A stretch of 64,000 nt of DNA, taken from Neoechinorhynchus agilis (Eukaryota > Animalia > Acanthocephala). The notes under the pieces are model-generated. The model was given only the letters and a program-made list of their open reading frames with translations, did no database searches and was not told the DNA's origin. The translations under genes and the position numbers were made by a program. Location of the stretch: positions 9,836,784-9,900,783 of the forward strand of contig CM121341.1 in NCBI GenBank assembly GCA_051530055.1, written 5' to 3'. Of the stretch, positions 36,351 to 48,600 are shown in pieces (position 1 is the stretch's first letter; every line of letters starts with the position of its first letter).

Positions 36351-36548
36351 ATTGGTAACATGATATTCTTCGATGTAATCTTAAACAGTTAATCATTGAG
36401 AATATCTTCTAAAACTCCCGGATTGCATATTGGCTCAGGTAAAATCATAATCTTTTGATATGCATCTGAATTTCTTAAAATTCTACTGTTTCTGAGCTCT
36501 ATTTTAGTCATCTCTAAACTACGTTTTAGATTGGTGCTTTTAGTCGCC

Positions 36549-38098
36549 ATGTCGTCGAATTGTACGTCCACGGGGACTTTTATCCTCCTTGACTCACATT
36601 AGACTTCATTTAAGCTGAATTCCATATTCCAATTCAAAACCAGTTTGAGCATACGATCGCCGGCGACCAAAAACCACCACCAGTCCAGTTCTATACTCCA
36701 CAGCCAGTCCCGCAACAACCGTTATCGGGATGGCATTCTACTGCACCAATGATGAATATCGCTAAGAGTGCAATTGAACAATATAAAGATTCTGCTACTT
36801 CCCAGTACATTGAAATGGTTTTTTAGCTCTTCAATGAAATCTTTTAACTTCATTGTCAATTTAGTTAACTCAGAACAAATTCATGGATCGAATTCGACGT
36901 TTGTTCGACGTGGATATCGACTACGTTTTCGCCAAGATAACAATGCTCCTTTTTCCATTTACATTCTCTTCTAAGTGGTCGTATTTCGGTCAAGGCCATA
37001 ACGAAGATGTCATATCTCTATCTCCCAGACAACAAACATCTTCGCCTGATCTATACATCCCAGCACTTTCACTCATTTCTTTCACAATCCTTGGTGGAGT
37101 AATGTTCGGTCTTTATGGAAAATTCTCTCCTGAAGTTCTTGGAGCTTTTTGTACCAGTGCATTGTTCTGGCTGACGATTGAACAGCTCACAGTTAATAGC
37201 GTTATTTATCTATTTAATATTCCAACTGCAAATCTTGGATGGATTGAACTTTTAGCATTTTGTGGATACAAGTATTTTGTGTAAGTTTTCACTTTTTGCG
37301 ATTTGCTGCATTTTTTAAGAAAATTTAATTTTAAATGGTGTTTGCGGCAACGGATAGGATATTATGACATATTCGAAGTCGTATAACAGTTAAAAGTTCT
37401 CAAATTGAAAAATAGCTGATCGATATTTTTTCGCAAATCAAATTTAGAGAAAATTGAGCACGATTCTTTTACTAGTTTTCGAATTCAGATTAACTTTCAG
37501 AGATGTCTTGAAAAGATGACTCTTCTAATCTTGATTGAAAAGTAGATCTTTTTTCTTGTTTTTTTTGGTTTGAACGTGCAGCAAATTTTAAAAATCACAC
37601 CAATAACTAATATCAGTTTATCAGAAACATCTCATCGTAATTCCATTCGCCATACGACTTATTTTGGACTTAATATTCGCAAATTAGAATTCATATTTAT
37701 GCATTTTCCTTCTTTCTCTCTATATATACTTAAAAATTAGATCAATAAATCCATCTCTAGATTTTTGCTTTTTTCCTTAAAAAACCTCCAATTCAGGAGT
37801 CTGATATGCTGCTTAAATTGCATTATATTTCCAAAATCAAAGCGAATTCAGTGGATTGTTTATTTGTATTCAACTTCGATGTTGTGTTATTTCATGGTTT
37901 GAACTTAAACATTTCTTGATGTCTTATAACGTATCTCAAAAACTTTAGATACGGACTTTGAAGGCTTGTGTTCTGACGGAATCAGTGTCAATCATGAATC
38001 CTTACGGGACTGGCAAAAAACGAGTTTATCTCTTGTTGGGAATTGCTCTTAGTCAGCCAGTACTAATATATCTTTCACTGAGACCATTGCCTATCTAA
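36549..38098 (+). CDS. YIF1: YIF1 (Yip1-interacting factor) ER-Golgi membrane protein, 5 exons
   Basis: In-frame GT-AG exons 36549-36561, 36615-36817, 36874-37280, 37797-37896, 37949-38098; motifs FDVD..YV.KI..LLFP, PDLYIP, FSPEVLG, GYKYFV, IRTLK, QPVLIY. Confidence 0.92.
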
Positions 38099-38370
38099 AC
38101 AATAAACACTTTTGGTGATTGAACGATGCGGATTGTCGGTCAATCTAAAACCAATCGCCTTTGTTCTATCAACCTTACAGACTGTTCCTCGTGTATTTCT
38201 ATTAAGCTTACACCGATTTACGTTCAATTATAAGGTTTTCAATGTTCTAAATGATTATATTTTGTCATTTCGGCCTTTTTAAAACTGGTTACTAACAAAG
38301 TAATGCGCCCAAGCATCCACATTCGTTGAATGTATCGTTGTCAGGAGTATCTAAAGTCAAATGAATTTTT

Positions 38371-38570
38371 ATGCCAATTGTTAATGAAACCTCGACTGAC
38401 GATCGTAACGAGATTAAATACAGGGACTTGGGTCGAAATCATTATTTTGTTCCCTTTGGCGTCGAGACACTCGGGTCGTTTGGTACCGCGGCGCAGAACT
38501 TGGTAAAGGAATTGTCCAAGAGATTGAGACGAATCACTGGCGATCCGAGGGCAGGAGCATTCCTCGTTTT
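38371..38570 (+). mobile_element. CRE-clade endonuclease C-terminal fragment, same family as 19050-21310
   Basis: KYRDLGRNHYFVPFGVETLGSFG..LVKELSKRLRRITGDPRAGAFL; nucleotide similarity to 19140-19290. Confidence 0.85.
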
Positions 38571-38798
38571 CCTACTATTTTTGTCCTTCTATTTTGTAAA
38601 TTATTGAAGATTCAATTAGCCTGTACTTAATAGGAAACTGAAATTTAAATATTGTTGAGATTATTATTTAAGTGCGTGGAAACTAAAGTTGCTTCGATAT
38701 TGGACGTTTTCTTAGGGTATGCCGATTTTTGTTGCAAAAATGAAGGTTACGATTTTTAAGATAAAGCCGTCTTAAAATCTTTTTTGTTTTTAAAGAGA

Positions 38799-39248
38799 TC
38801 ACAATCTCTCGGTAATAGCAACGACGACTTTTCCACATAACTTAACGAGTCCGTTAATAGTATTGGCTGCCATGCAATCGACAGGTTCTCCAGTTTCAGC
38901 CTCAGACTCGTTCCGCATTTTAACCAAAGTCTTAATAAATTCATCGTTAGGATCACAACCTTCCTCCAGAGCATCTCTGATCTGCTTGTTACATTCCTGT
39001 GAGACGAATTCATTGACAGCTCGCTGAAAGCTTCGATTAAGTTTTACTGGTGCGACTTGCATCACTGAAGCCAGTCCACATCCTAAGAAAGGCATCAACG
39101 GTTGGACGGGACTTGGTGCGATATTTCGATCCATCATCAATTTCTCCATTCGTTCAAAGTTTTCCTGATTTTTCCTTAATTGTTTGGTCAGCGCCGATCC
39201 AGCCAAATTGACTCGCATAGATCGCGCAAGTAATTGGGATAAACTCAT
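38799..39248 (-). CDS. COQ7: COQ7/CLK-1-like protein lacking di-iron ligands
   Basis: MRVNLAG, PSPVQPLM..LG.GL, AVNE.V..ECNKQIR.ALEE, KMRNE and C.VVVAITERL align with COQ7 IRVDHAGE, PTVLMPLW..LG..L, AVEESI..HYNNQIR.LMEE, KFRDE and C.VAIYLSERL. Confidence 0.75.
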   Translation of the reverse strand: MSLSQLLARSMRVNLAGSALTKQLRKNQENFERMEKLMMDRNIAPSPVQPLMPFLGCGLASVMQVAPVKLNRSFQRAVNEFVSQECNKQIRDALEEGCDPNDEFIKTLVKMRNESEAETGEPVDCMAANTINGLVKLCGKVVVAITERL

Positions 39249-39265
39249 ATCTGAAACTTTTTAAG

Positions 39266-39750
39266 ATGGCATGGAATCTTACAAGAATGATGATAAATCA
39301 ATCCCTCAATATGGTTCAATCGATAGGCATTTATTTGCCGCTTATAAATCCAATCCGAACGGCGACTCTTTATCAGATGCATAAAGACAAGCGGTGGAGA
39401 AATGGGCCTTTACGTCAGTGATTCCTGTTAGATAAACACTTTTATGGAATCATTGACTTCTACTTAGGGACCGTAGTCACATGGATCAAAGACCGCAGAT
39501 GAAGGCGATTGTATTAAAGTTGGTTATTAAGAAACCGAGGAAACCGAATTCGGGGAATCGAAGATGTGCGAAGATCCGACTTAGTAATGGAAAAGAGACT
39601 TATGCTTTTATTCCAGGAGAAGGACATAATTTACAGGAGCATTCGATTGTTTTGGTGAATGGTCAGCGTAAGAAGGATGTTCCTGGTTTAAAGTATCGAG
39701 TGATCCGAGGAAAGTATGACTGTTCGCATGTAAAAAAGAAGGAGGTTTAA
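39266..39750 (+). CDS. MRPS12: Mitochondrial ribosomal protein S12 (uS12m), 2 exons
   Basis: Exon 1 has a presequence and ATLYQMH; exon 2 (from 39468) has [55 protein letters not shown]. The exact donor is ambiguous. Confidence 0.95.
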
Positions 39751-39928
39751 AATTCATTAGAACTGGGATAATCTTTCATCTTGTAAAGAAATTGAACCGA
39801 AACTGAGATAAAATGGTTTAAGCAAGTTCATCTCTGTTGATCGCATAATACTAGAAAATTTTAGCTGAAAATTTTTTTTCATGTTTTTATATGGCTAAAA
39901 AAATTGAAAGGGAATTCTATTAAAACGG

Positions 39929-40249
39929 ATATTTCGGAGGCATACAATCTTGTATACGCCTTTCTCAAAGAAGGTTGCTTGTAAGTTTTAGAACGATTGA
40001 TTGACTTTTTAAAATCGATTTCTATCTTAAAACCTATAAAAAATTTCTTAAACGCGATAGCTTCATTGGCAGTTCATTCCATCAATTTGATGTTTGTGAA
40101 AATTTAGCATGGTTTATTTTCGCGTTTAAGAAATTCTTGATAGGTTTTATGATGGAAATCGATTTTAAAAAGTCAATCAATCGTTCTAAAACTTACAAGC
40201 AACCTTGTTTGAGAAAGGCGTACACAAGATTTTGTGCCGCCGAAATATC
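39929..40249. repeat. Foldback/MITE with about 128-bp inverted arms; related arms at about 16530-16612 and 14325-14370
   Basis: 39929-40057 is the reverse complement of 40120-40249. Confidence 0.85.
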
Positions 40250-40804
40250 GAACCTCTTAAATTCCTTTTCGATTTTCCGCCATATAAAAATCTGAAAATT
40301 ATACCGTAGACACTTTGATCGATTAGACCATTTAATATTTCTTCTTTCCAATAATTACTCATTGTACTCGAATAAACCATAAATGAAGCTCTAAGCAAGT
40401 TATGGAATGACTTTCGTCTCGCTAATGTATATCCGTCTTTTGTTCATCATCGGATTTCCGGAGTACTCTTTCTTTTTGTGCTTTTCATGACAAAAATGGG
40501 GAACTCTTGCGGACATCTAAGTAAATTTCTAAGAATTCGTGGATTGAGCAATCTATAAATCAAAAACAATCTAGGAAATACTTAAATCAGACAATTTAGT
40601 GAAATCGATCTTCTTCATTGTTTTGCAGAATTAAAACTGTCCCAGGCTCAATCCGAACTTGTCCTCCATTTCCTTTTTTTTTAGTTTTTGTCGTTCAAAA
40701 GTTCGCGAAAAGAAATGAACTTTCAGGGATGTCATTGCCTATACGTCGTTCACATTTCCTTTTCCGAAGAACCTTGTCGGTTCTCCACAAACGAGCATAA
40801 CCAT

Positions 40805-42795
40805 TTGAATCTCTACTTTATCCCTACAGTTTTCGAATTCATGTTATAAAATTCCTTGGACGATCTCCTTCCCAAATCTACGGATGGAAGTTTTGCCACA
40901 TTTCCTTATCTAAAAGATTGAGCGACAGAATTTCTGAAGATTTTTTGAAGCAAATAAAAAAACTCGCACGTTAAAGGGAGTTTTTATAAATTTTGTTCGT
41001 TCAATTTTCTTATTCTAAACCCGGATTTAAATCTCTATTTTATCCTTACAGTTTTCGAATTCATGTTATAAAATTCCTTGAACGATCTCCTTCCCAAATT
41101 TACGGATGAAAGTTTTGCTACATTTCCTTATCTAAAAGATTTAACGACAGAATTTATAAAGATTTTTTGAAGCAAATAAAAAACTCACACGTTAAACGGA
41201 GTTTTGACAAATTTTGTTCGTTCAATTTTCTTATTCTAAATCCGCATTTAAATCTCTGTTTTATCCTTACAGTTTTCGAATTCATGTTATAAAATTCCTT
41301 GGACGATATCCTTCCCAAATTTACGGATGAAAGTTTTGCTACATTTCCTTATCTAAAAGATTTAACGACAGAATTTATAAAGATTTTTTGAAGCAAATAA
41401 AAAACTCACACGTTAAACGGAGTTTTGAGAAATTTTGTTTGTTAAATTTTCTTATTCTAAACCCACATTTGAATCTCCATTTTGTTCTTACAGTTTTCGA
41501 ATTCATTTTATAAAATTCCTTGGACGATCTCCTTCCCAAATTTACGGATGGAAGTTTTGCCACGTTTCCTTATCTAAAAGATTGAGCGACAGAATTCATA
41601 AAGATTTTTTGAAGCAAATAAAAAACTCACACGTTAAACGGAGTTTTGACAAATTTTGTTCGTTCAATTTTCTTATTCTAAATCCGCATTTAAATCTCTG
41701 TTTTATCCTTACAGTTTTCGAATTCATGTTATAAAATTCCTTGGACGATATCCTTCCCAAATTTACGGATGGAAGTTTTGCCACATTTCCTTATCTAAAA
41801 GATTGAGCGACAGAATTCATAAAGATTTTTTGACGCAAATAAAAAAACTCACACGTTAAAGGGAGTTTTGAGAAATTTTGTTTGTTAAATTTTCTTATTC
41901 TAAACCCACATTTGAATCTCCATTTTGTTCTTACAGTTTTCGAATTCATTTTATAAAATTCCTTGGACGATCTCCTTCCCAAATTTACGCATGAAAGTTT
42001 TGCCACGTTTCCTTATCTAAAAGATTGAGCGACAGAATTTCTGAAGATTTTTTGAAGCAAATAAAAAAACTCACACGTTAAAGGGAGTTTTGACAAATTT
42101 TGTTCGTTCAATTTTCTTATTCTAAACCCGGATTTAAATCTCTATTTTATCCTTTCAGTTTTCGAATTCATGTTATAAAATTCCTTGGACGATCTCCTTC
42201 CCAAATCTACGGATGAAAGTTTTGCTAAGTTTTCTTATCTTAAAGATTGAGCGACAGAATTTCTGAAGATTTTTTGAAGCAAATAAAAAAACTCGCACGT
42301 TAAACGGAGTTTTGACAAATTTTGTTCGTTCAATTTTCTTATTCTAAACCCGGATTTAAATCTCTATTTTATCCTTTCAGTTTTCGAATTCATGTTATAA
42401 AATTCCTTGGACGATCTCCTTCCCAAATCTACGGATGAAAGTTTTGCTAAGTTTTCTTATCTTAAAGATTGAGCGACAGAATTTCTGAAGATTTTTTGAA
42501 GCAAATAAAAAAACTCGCACGTTAAACGGAGTTTTGACAAATTTTGTTCGTTCAATTTTCTTATTCTAAACCCGGATTTAAATCTCTATTTTATCCTTTC
42601 AGTTTTCGAATTCATGTTATAAAATTCCTTGGACGATCTCCTTCCCAAATTTACGGATGAAAGTTTTGCCAAGTTTCCTTATCTTAAAGATTTAGCGGCA
42701 GAATTCATAAAGATTTTTTGAAGCAAATAAAAAAACTCACACGTTAAAGGGAGTATTATTAAATTTTGTTCGTTCAATTTTCTTGTTCTAAACCC
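40805..42795. repeat. Satellite II: about 221-bp unit x9
   Basis: cagttttcgaattcatgttataaaattccttggacgatctccttcccaaat recurs every about 221 nt. Confidence 0.98.
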
Positions 42796-42915
42796 TAATA
42801 CTAAATTGATAACCACAGCGAGTAAGTTTGCGGTTCTGATATCTTTCTTCTGAAAGTTTAGACAATATACACCACATAGAATTTAAAGTCAGCATTCTCC
42901 TCACTCAGATTTGAG

Positions 42916-43320
42916 ATGGCTTTTACGTTTCCAAAACTGATTCCTCCTCTTCCTCGGGCCTTCTATACAATCAGAAGGCCACTTCAAACTGCTTTAACGA
43001 ACACTGTTAGATTGCTCATCGAAGATCGCGAGAATAATCAGACAGGAATCAATGCATCGATCGGCAAAAGCGTTTTGGAGAATGCAATTGACAATGGCAT
43101 TGGAATTGAGTCTGCCTGCGAGGGAACAATGTGTTGTACAAGCTGTCATGTCATAATGAACGAAAATGAGTTTGCACAAGTGAATGGTCCTTCGGAGGAA
43201 GAAAAAGATTTACTAGAATTGGCTTATGGGTATTGTGAAACATCGCGGTTGGCATGTCAAATCGAAGTAACTGAACATATGAACGGGTTCAAGTTCAAAA
43301 TACCAAGTGTAACCGAATAA
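42916..43320 (+). CDS. FDX1: Adrenodoxin-type mitochondrial [2Fe-2S] ferredoxin
   Basis: ACEGTMCCTSCHVI and SRLACQI supply the four Cys ligands; LELAYG is FDX1-like; N-terminal presequence. Confidence 0.9.
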   Translation: MAFTFPKLIPPLPRAFYTIRRPLQTALTNTVRLLIEDRENNQTGINASIGKSVLENAIDNGIGIESACEGTMCCTSCHVIMNENEFAQVNGPSEEEKDLLELAYGYCETSRLACQIEVTEHMNGFKFKIPSVTE

Positions 43321-43999
43321 AATTGTAATAAAAATGATTCTCACTTAAAAAAGCACACTCAAGTTAAAATATTTTGTAATGGTATAAAAGTTAAAATTTT
43401 GACTTGCACACAAATCATTTTATAATTAGAATATATTTCTAAAGAATAATCCTCGCTTTATCAATTATTGTTAAAGTGTTTTATTAGCGACATTCGATCT
43501 TCACTACAAGTCAAAATTTACCATATCCCGATGGATTTTCTCGATATGGACAGTTAAAACAAAATTAATGACTGAAATCGCACGATTCGTGGGTGGAAAT
43601 GATTTCATGGGAGAATCTTTGAAAACATTCCTGACGGTTTCTCATGTTGATTCTACGTGTTCGACGAGTACGCACTTGGCTGATATCTCCGGAGCTGAAT
43701 AATCACCATTTTTGACTTTGAATGAAGTGAAAATAAATATAAGAGTTGAGGAACCACATCATGTTTACGTCAAAAGTCAACTCCATGAGCAGAAAATTTT
43801 TTTACCTCATTCAATTCTCGGAAATCTCAGTAAGACTACAGGAAAATCCAGGGATCTACAAACAGCCATTTTGTAAAGGTCAGTATACTCATTTCGCCAA
43901 CCAAGAAAAAATCGAAGGTTTCCGTTTTATCATTAATTTTATCCGAATTATCGAAGTCGACTTCGCAATTTGCACGTTTAGTAAATTGTTTACAAGTCC

Positions 44000-44580
44000 C
44001 ATGCTGCTGAGTAACTTAATGAGTCGTACATGCTTTCGCCGCGATCCATAACTCAAAAGAGTTGAGCTACTAGATTTTGTTCTTCTATAAGCAAATGATT
44101 TTCCCGACCAGTCACGTCGAGACGTGTTTCAGAATAGTGCAGCATTTTATAAAAAAAATCTAAACGGTTTCTACTACTATCTACCGTTTTTCTGGGATCG
44201 ATCATCGTAAAATACCAATCGATATTTAAAGGCATGAATCTATCTGTTGAAAAACATAAAGATCTTTCCTAAAAAAGCTCTTACAATGAGGCGCATCAAT
44301 TATTTTAAGTTTAATGAATAAAGGGCTTCATACCTTAAATGCTTTTAAAATGTTTTATAACAACAATCCTTCCGTCTATTCACTTTGATCTCTTATCTCG
44401 ACCAAATCTTACCAATGTTCTGGATCACTCAGCTGCCGTCCGGACCACATTCTCACTTTAGCTTTTGATTAGAATCGACATCGTTTTTAGTGGAGAATGT
44501 TCTTGAAGCTGATTAATATCATCAGAATCACTATCATCTATCGGACTTTTGGTTTTATTAGTGTTATCCGGCAAGATCAT
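44000..44580 (-). mobile_element. Possible piggyBac-like transposase relic
   Basis: Acidic DDSDSDD segment, then DWYFT..SRNRLDFFYKMLHYSE, resembling piggyBac MSRNRF..I...LHF.D; decayed. Confidence 0.3.
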
Positions 44581-44914
44581 AATCGCGAGCTACGAAGATT
44601 TTTTGTGATTTGCAAGCTTTTAAACGACTTTAAAAAATAAATAGTAAAGCAAAGACTAGTGCTTTGAATTTTATGCAACGAAGATGAATTATTGAATGAC
44701 AAATTCATTTACTTTATCATTTTTTACCTTTCGAAAAAGTTAATTGTTACTCTAAAATGTAATAAGGACATTTATCCATTAAGCAACAAGAAGGAGACAA
44801 CGATTACTTTATCGCGTTTATTTGAGTAGCAAAGTACACTTTTAACCGTTCCAAATTAATATAATGCCCAAAGAAAAGACTTTACATTTCTGAATTGTTT
44901 TAAAATTTACTTAG

Positions 44915-45742
44915 ATGACAACAACGAAGTTGAAGTCAAGAAAACATGGAAACTGCGACTGTGCTATTGATGAACCAGCTATTAAAGTCGTACGTAAGAC
45001 TACGCTGGGATATGGCGAAAAGAGTGGACAACATCGCAACATCAGTCAAACGAATGATTTAACTTTAAAGAAGCACGAGCGCTTTGAGCTATCTTCGGTT
45101 CGATTCTACAATCAATCATTAAAAGAGGCAACAAAGTTATCCGAAAAACTCAGACTTTCAGTCGAGGTATTAACTTTTACTGCAAACATTATCTATCGAC
45201 TAAAAGACGATCTCAGTTACCGTCAATTTGATAAACACGCTCTAGCTGTAGCATGTCTATTTGTAGCATCTCGACAAGCACTTCAAGCCCGATCCCTGAG
45301 TGAGATTCTAAAAGCCACTACAGTAAAACGGAAATATGCAATGCGTCTACTAACTAGGATTACCAGAAGGGCTGATATAAAGTATCGATCAGTAGGAAGT
45401 GTTTATCAATATATCGAATTATTTTGCCATAGACTACGATGTAACGTCTGCTTTGGATTTCAGTCACTCGCAGAAACTCTCGCGAAACGAATCGACGAGT
45501 CAAATATCGTTGGAAGTCCTCAACCACCAGTACTTGCTGCGATTTCAGTCTACATTGTTGCTGAATTTTATCAATTGCAAATCACTGTGGAAGATGTGAT
45601 CGCAGTTTCCAGTGTGTCCAAAAGCACAATTTTAGGACATTATAGTAAGCTTGTTGCTAAACTGAATGAGATGTCAATAAAGCGGGAAAGGGCGGAACAC
45701 TATGACTCTCATGTGCAAGTCTGTATGGATTTTAAAAAGTAA
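44915..45742 (+). CDS. GTF2B: Divergent TFIIB-family factor (two cyclin folds)
   Basis: ALAVACLFVASRQ..ARSLSEI, YIELFCHRL, PPVLAAISVYI and SKSTI..Y match TFIIB AIASACLYIACRQ..PRTFKEI, FMSRFCSNL, PISVAAAAIYM and ADVTIRQSY. No EWRTF B-reader or complete Zn ribbon in the ORF. Confidence 0.8.
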   Translation: MTTTKLKSRKHGNCDCAIDEPAIKVVRKTTLGYGEKSGQHRNISQTNDLTLKKHERFELSSVRFYNQSLKEATKLSEKLRLSVEVLTFTANIIYRLKDDLSYRQFDKHALAVACLFVASRQALQARSLSEILKATTVKRKYAMRLLTRITRRADIKYRSVGSVYQYIELFCHRLRCNVCFGFQSLAETLAKRIDESNIVGSPQPPVLAAISVYIVAEFYQLQITVEDVIAVSSVSKSTILGHYSKLVAKLNEMSIKRERAEHYDSHVQVCMDFKK

Positions 45743-46849
45743 TTGTTCGTTGGAAGTGGTGTACGTTTGGTGTTATACTCTTTTTTTTGAGAAAAATCCC
45801 AACTTTAAAACTATATTAGAAACACGGATGGAAACTAAATGAAACTTCAGTCACAATGCTGATCAACTAACAAAACATTGACGTTCTGCTTAAGTGATTA
45901 GAAGATCTGTTTTATCTTTTTTTAGGTTAAGAATTTGTTCGTATCATAATTTCTAATGTTAGCCTCGAATCTTTAGATTTTGCATTATTTTTTGTATTAT
46001 TCAAATGTTTACTACTTAAACTCTCTTTTAGACACAATTAAGCAAGCCAAAAGCACACGCAGAATCGCTGACCTTTTCAAAGAACGAATAAAACCGATTT
46101 TACAACTTGCGATTCCTTTTGAATTTGCATTTTCACGTATATTCTTCAAAAACACCAAGAAATCTTGAAAACGGGTTAGAAAGAGTTACCCAAAAGGCGG
46201 TAAAGCTTACTTAATAATAAATAAACTGATTTACAATACTCATTTTTCACTAATGTGTAGGCCCAAACTTAATACTTTTCAAAATCACGGCAATGATCTT
46301 ATTTTGTTCAATAATAAGTCTAATATTATTGGATTTCGGAAAGCTCAGGAAAAACGCGATTGAGTTTAGTATGAGAGGACAGTTGAGAAAGTATTACAGT
46401 GAACAAGTGGTAAAGAAGCTATGCTACAGAGCATCAGGGCGACAATACTTTCAATCTTCATACACTTACGGAGAATTCTGTGAACCTAACCAAAAACCTA
46501 AGGAGTAATTTTATGGAAGAGGCTAAATCGTTGAAAAATTTGAATCGGAATAGAAATGGAATTGTCATAGAGCGATACTATAAACGTTCTTGTTCCTAAA
46601 ACCCCGATTATTGTCACACGAGCTGACGGAATACGAAAATTTTGTTAAACTCTACATTCGTTCTTAAAATAAAAAGTATTTTTAAAGCTCTCTCAAAATC
46701 GTTGTATAGCTTCAAGATGGAGAATGTGCGGATTTTATATCGAGTGCAACTACTACCAGTAAGATCTTCCCATGGATTACATTCTTTATGAAGGTTTCAC
46801 AATATAAGCTAACGCAGTCGACCGTCTTGGTACTGAAAATTTGATTAGT

Positions 46850-47450
46850 AAACGTAACATCTCCAGTGAGAATCCATCAGTACATTGAAAAATGGTTTTT
46901 ACATTATCAATGGAACCAAACTGCAATTCCAATGGATTCTTGCTTGATATTATTGGCGTAGATACTAACAAGATCTATACAATCACAGGAACCGGCAATC
47001 CTGAGTCAGTAGTACAATCAATTCAGAAAATGCTTATTCAAAAATGCACTCTTGCACGTTATTGGCTCAGAAAAACCAATTAGCTTGCACAGTACAGAAA
47101 TTAGGGTTATGGGGTATTCGGAAAAAAGACTTAAATATACCGAAACTATGTTAAATGCAAAAGAAAAATATCGCAGTTAGCAAAGGAAACATTGCAATTT
47201 TTGCTTGGCATATAAAAATTAGAATGGGAAATCGCTTGAATGAAAGTGATGGCTAGCACATGTCTCTGTGGAAAAACATTATAAATATTACAACAGACAA
47301 GAGTAAACAATAATTCTGCTAATAAAGATGTATTTTCTGTGTTAAATTACAAGAAAAACCGAGACACTTTTTCATTTGGGCTTGGAGATCTATTTGTGGA
47401 TTTAAGGAAGTGCGGGTTACTTAAAAGGTTAAGAAACACTGGATTTGAGT
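46850..47450 (+). mobile_element. Possible piggyBac-like transposase relic
   Basis: PESVVQSIQKML..TLARYW, IAIFAWH and VLNYKKNR weakly echo piggyBac core motifs; many stops. Confidence 0.25.
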
Positions 47451-48089
47451 ATTATATGAAATCGTGCGAGGAATACACTTGTCCCTAGCAATCTTGTCGT
47501 TATAATGTCTAATAATGACTGCGATCTAAAACCAAATAAAGAAGGAAATTAATGGAAAGGTATCGTTCAGGATATCGACTTCAGATACTCGATTAATTGA
47601 ATATGCCAGAAACAGAAATGATTTAAATTTTACGAAGATTACGAATTTAGCGCACGTGACGGTTTTTCCTTTTCTAGTAGCTCCGGAACTTTCGCCAAAC
47701 CTTTCAAATGTTAAAAAAAGAGAATAGACTTTTTTGGGAAAATAATCGTTCCATTGCTTCAGTTTTAAGGACATAAATACCGTTAGTTAACTCGTTAAAG
47801 TTCCCAAATGAAAAATACAACTGACGTAAAAATTGTTCGAACCGTGTGTCTTAAAAATTCGGTTATAATTTCGTCGCCTACTTAAAGGATGCCCGACCTC
47901 TACGAAGTAAAACGTTTAACAATGTCCAACGATTTACTTGAAGCGTCAAACACAAATAAATTGTTTTTAAACAAAATGAATGTTTAATGATGAAACCAAA
48001 GTCCATTCAAAAAGTTAGCTATTGTTAACGAGCGAAATTTGATGATAAGAATCAAGATTCAAATTTTTTTTCTTTTATGAAATCAAATA

Positions 48090-48600
48090 CTGACAAATCT
48101 CAATTGCAATATTGATTATAATTATCGCTGTTATTATATATGCGACAATCGAAAACAATCGACGCATTCTATTTCGGTTCATCGGGTTTCTCAAGTCCAA
48201 TCTCATCATGTAACTGAAAATCGCAGCTATAGTTTTGGACAGTAAGACTGAAATTGTTATCAAAACAACCTCCGCTTCCATCAAATGTTTTTGTCGTTCC
48301 ATTTGAATATCCCATCGCTTTACTGCAGACAGAATATCTGTTTCCAGATCTTTGAGACTGATCGGTGGACCTGGTTTAGGGTCCAATGTAATTGCTGCAA
48401 ACAATCGTCTGCTCTGAAATCCATTGTGGAGCAAAACGAGACTCAGAAAAAGTAAGCAACAAAAGATTGGTTTTCTTGCAAATAAATTAGTAGCTCTGCA
48501 GTCGTCGTTGGTAACCTAAAAAGAAAATAAAGTTTTATATTTTAATAAACAATGAACGAATAATACCTTCCCGATATCGGAAAAAGCAGAAATTCTTCGA
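48090..48600 (-). CDS. Hypothetical multi-exon gene
   Basis: Coding-like exon SRRLFAAITLDPKPGPPISLKDLETDILSAVKRWDIQMERQKHLMEAE bounded by tttcag| and |gttgtt, with further GT-AG introns of typical size nearby; family unknown. Confidence 0.4.

Noticed and set aside
34507-36392. ORFs MEKIFMKKVFFNLK... in satellite I
   Set aside because: These are translations of repeat units; most units carry stops or indels, and no family motif is present.
36389-36550. Minus-strand ORF sharing the CATG of the YIF1 start
   Set aside because: Short, no homology, and it runs into the satellite; probably an antisense or promoter ORF.
48075-48200. Apparent C-terminal transmembrane helix (SNARE- or CorA-like) in ORF 48075-48434
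   Set aside because: A plausible intron shifts the frame to LHDEIGLEKPDEPK*, leaving the hydrophobic stretch in AT-rich 3' UTR.
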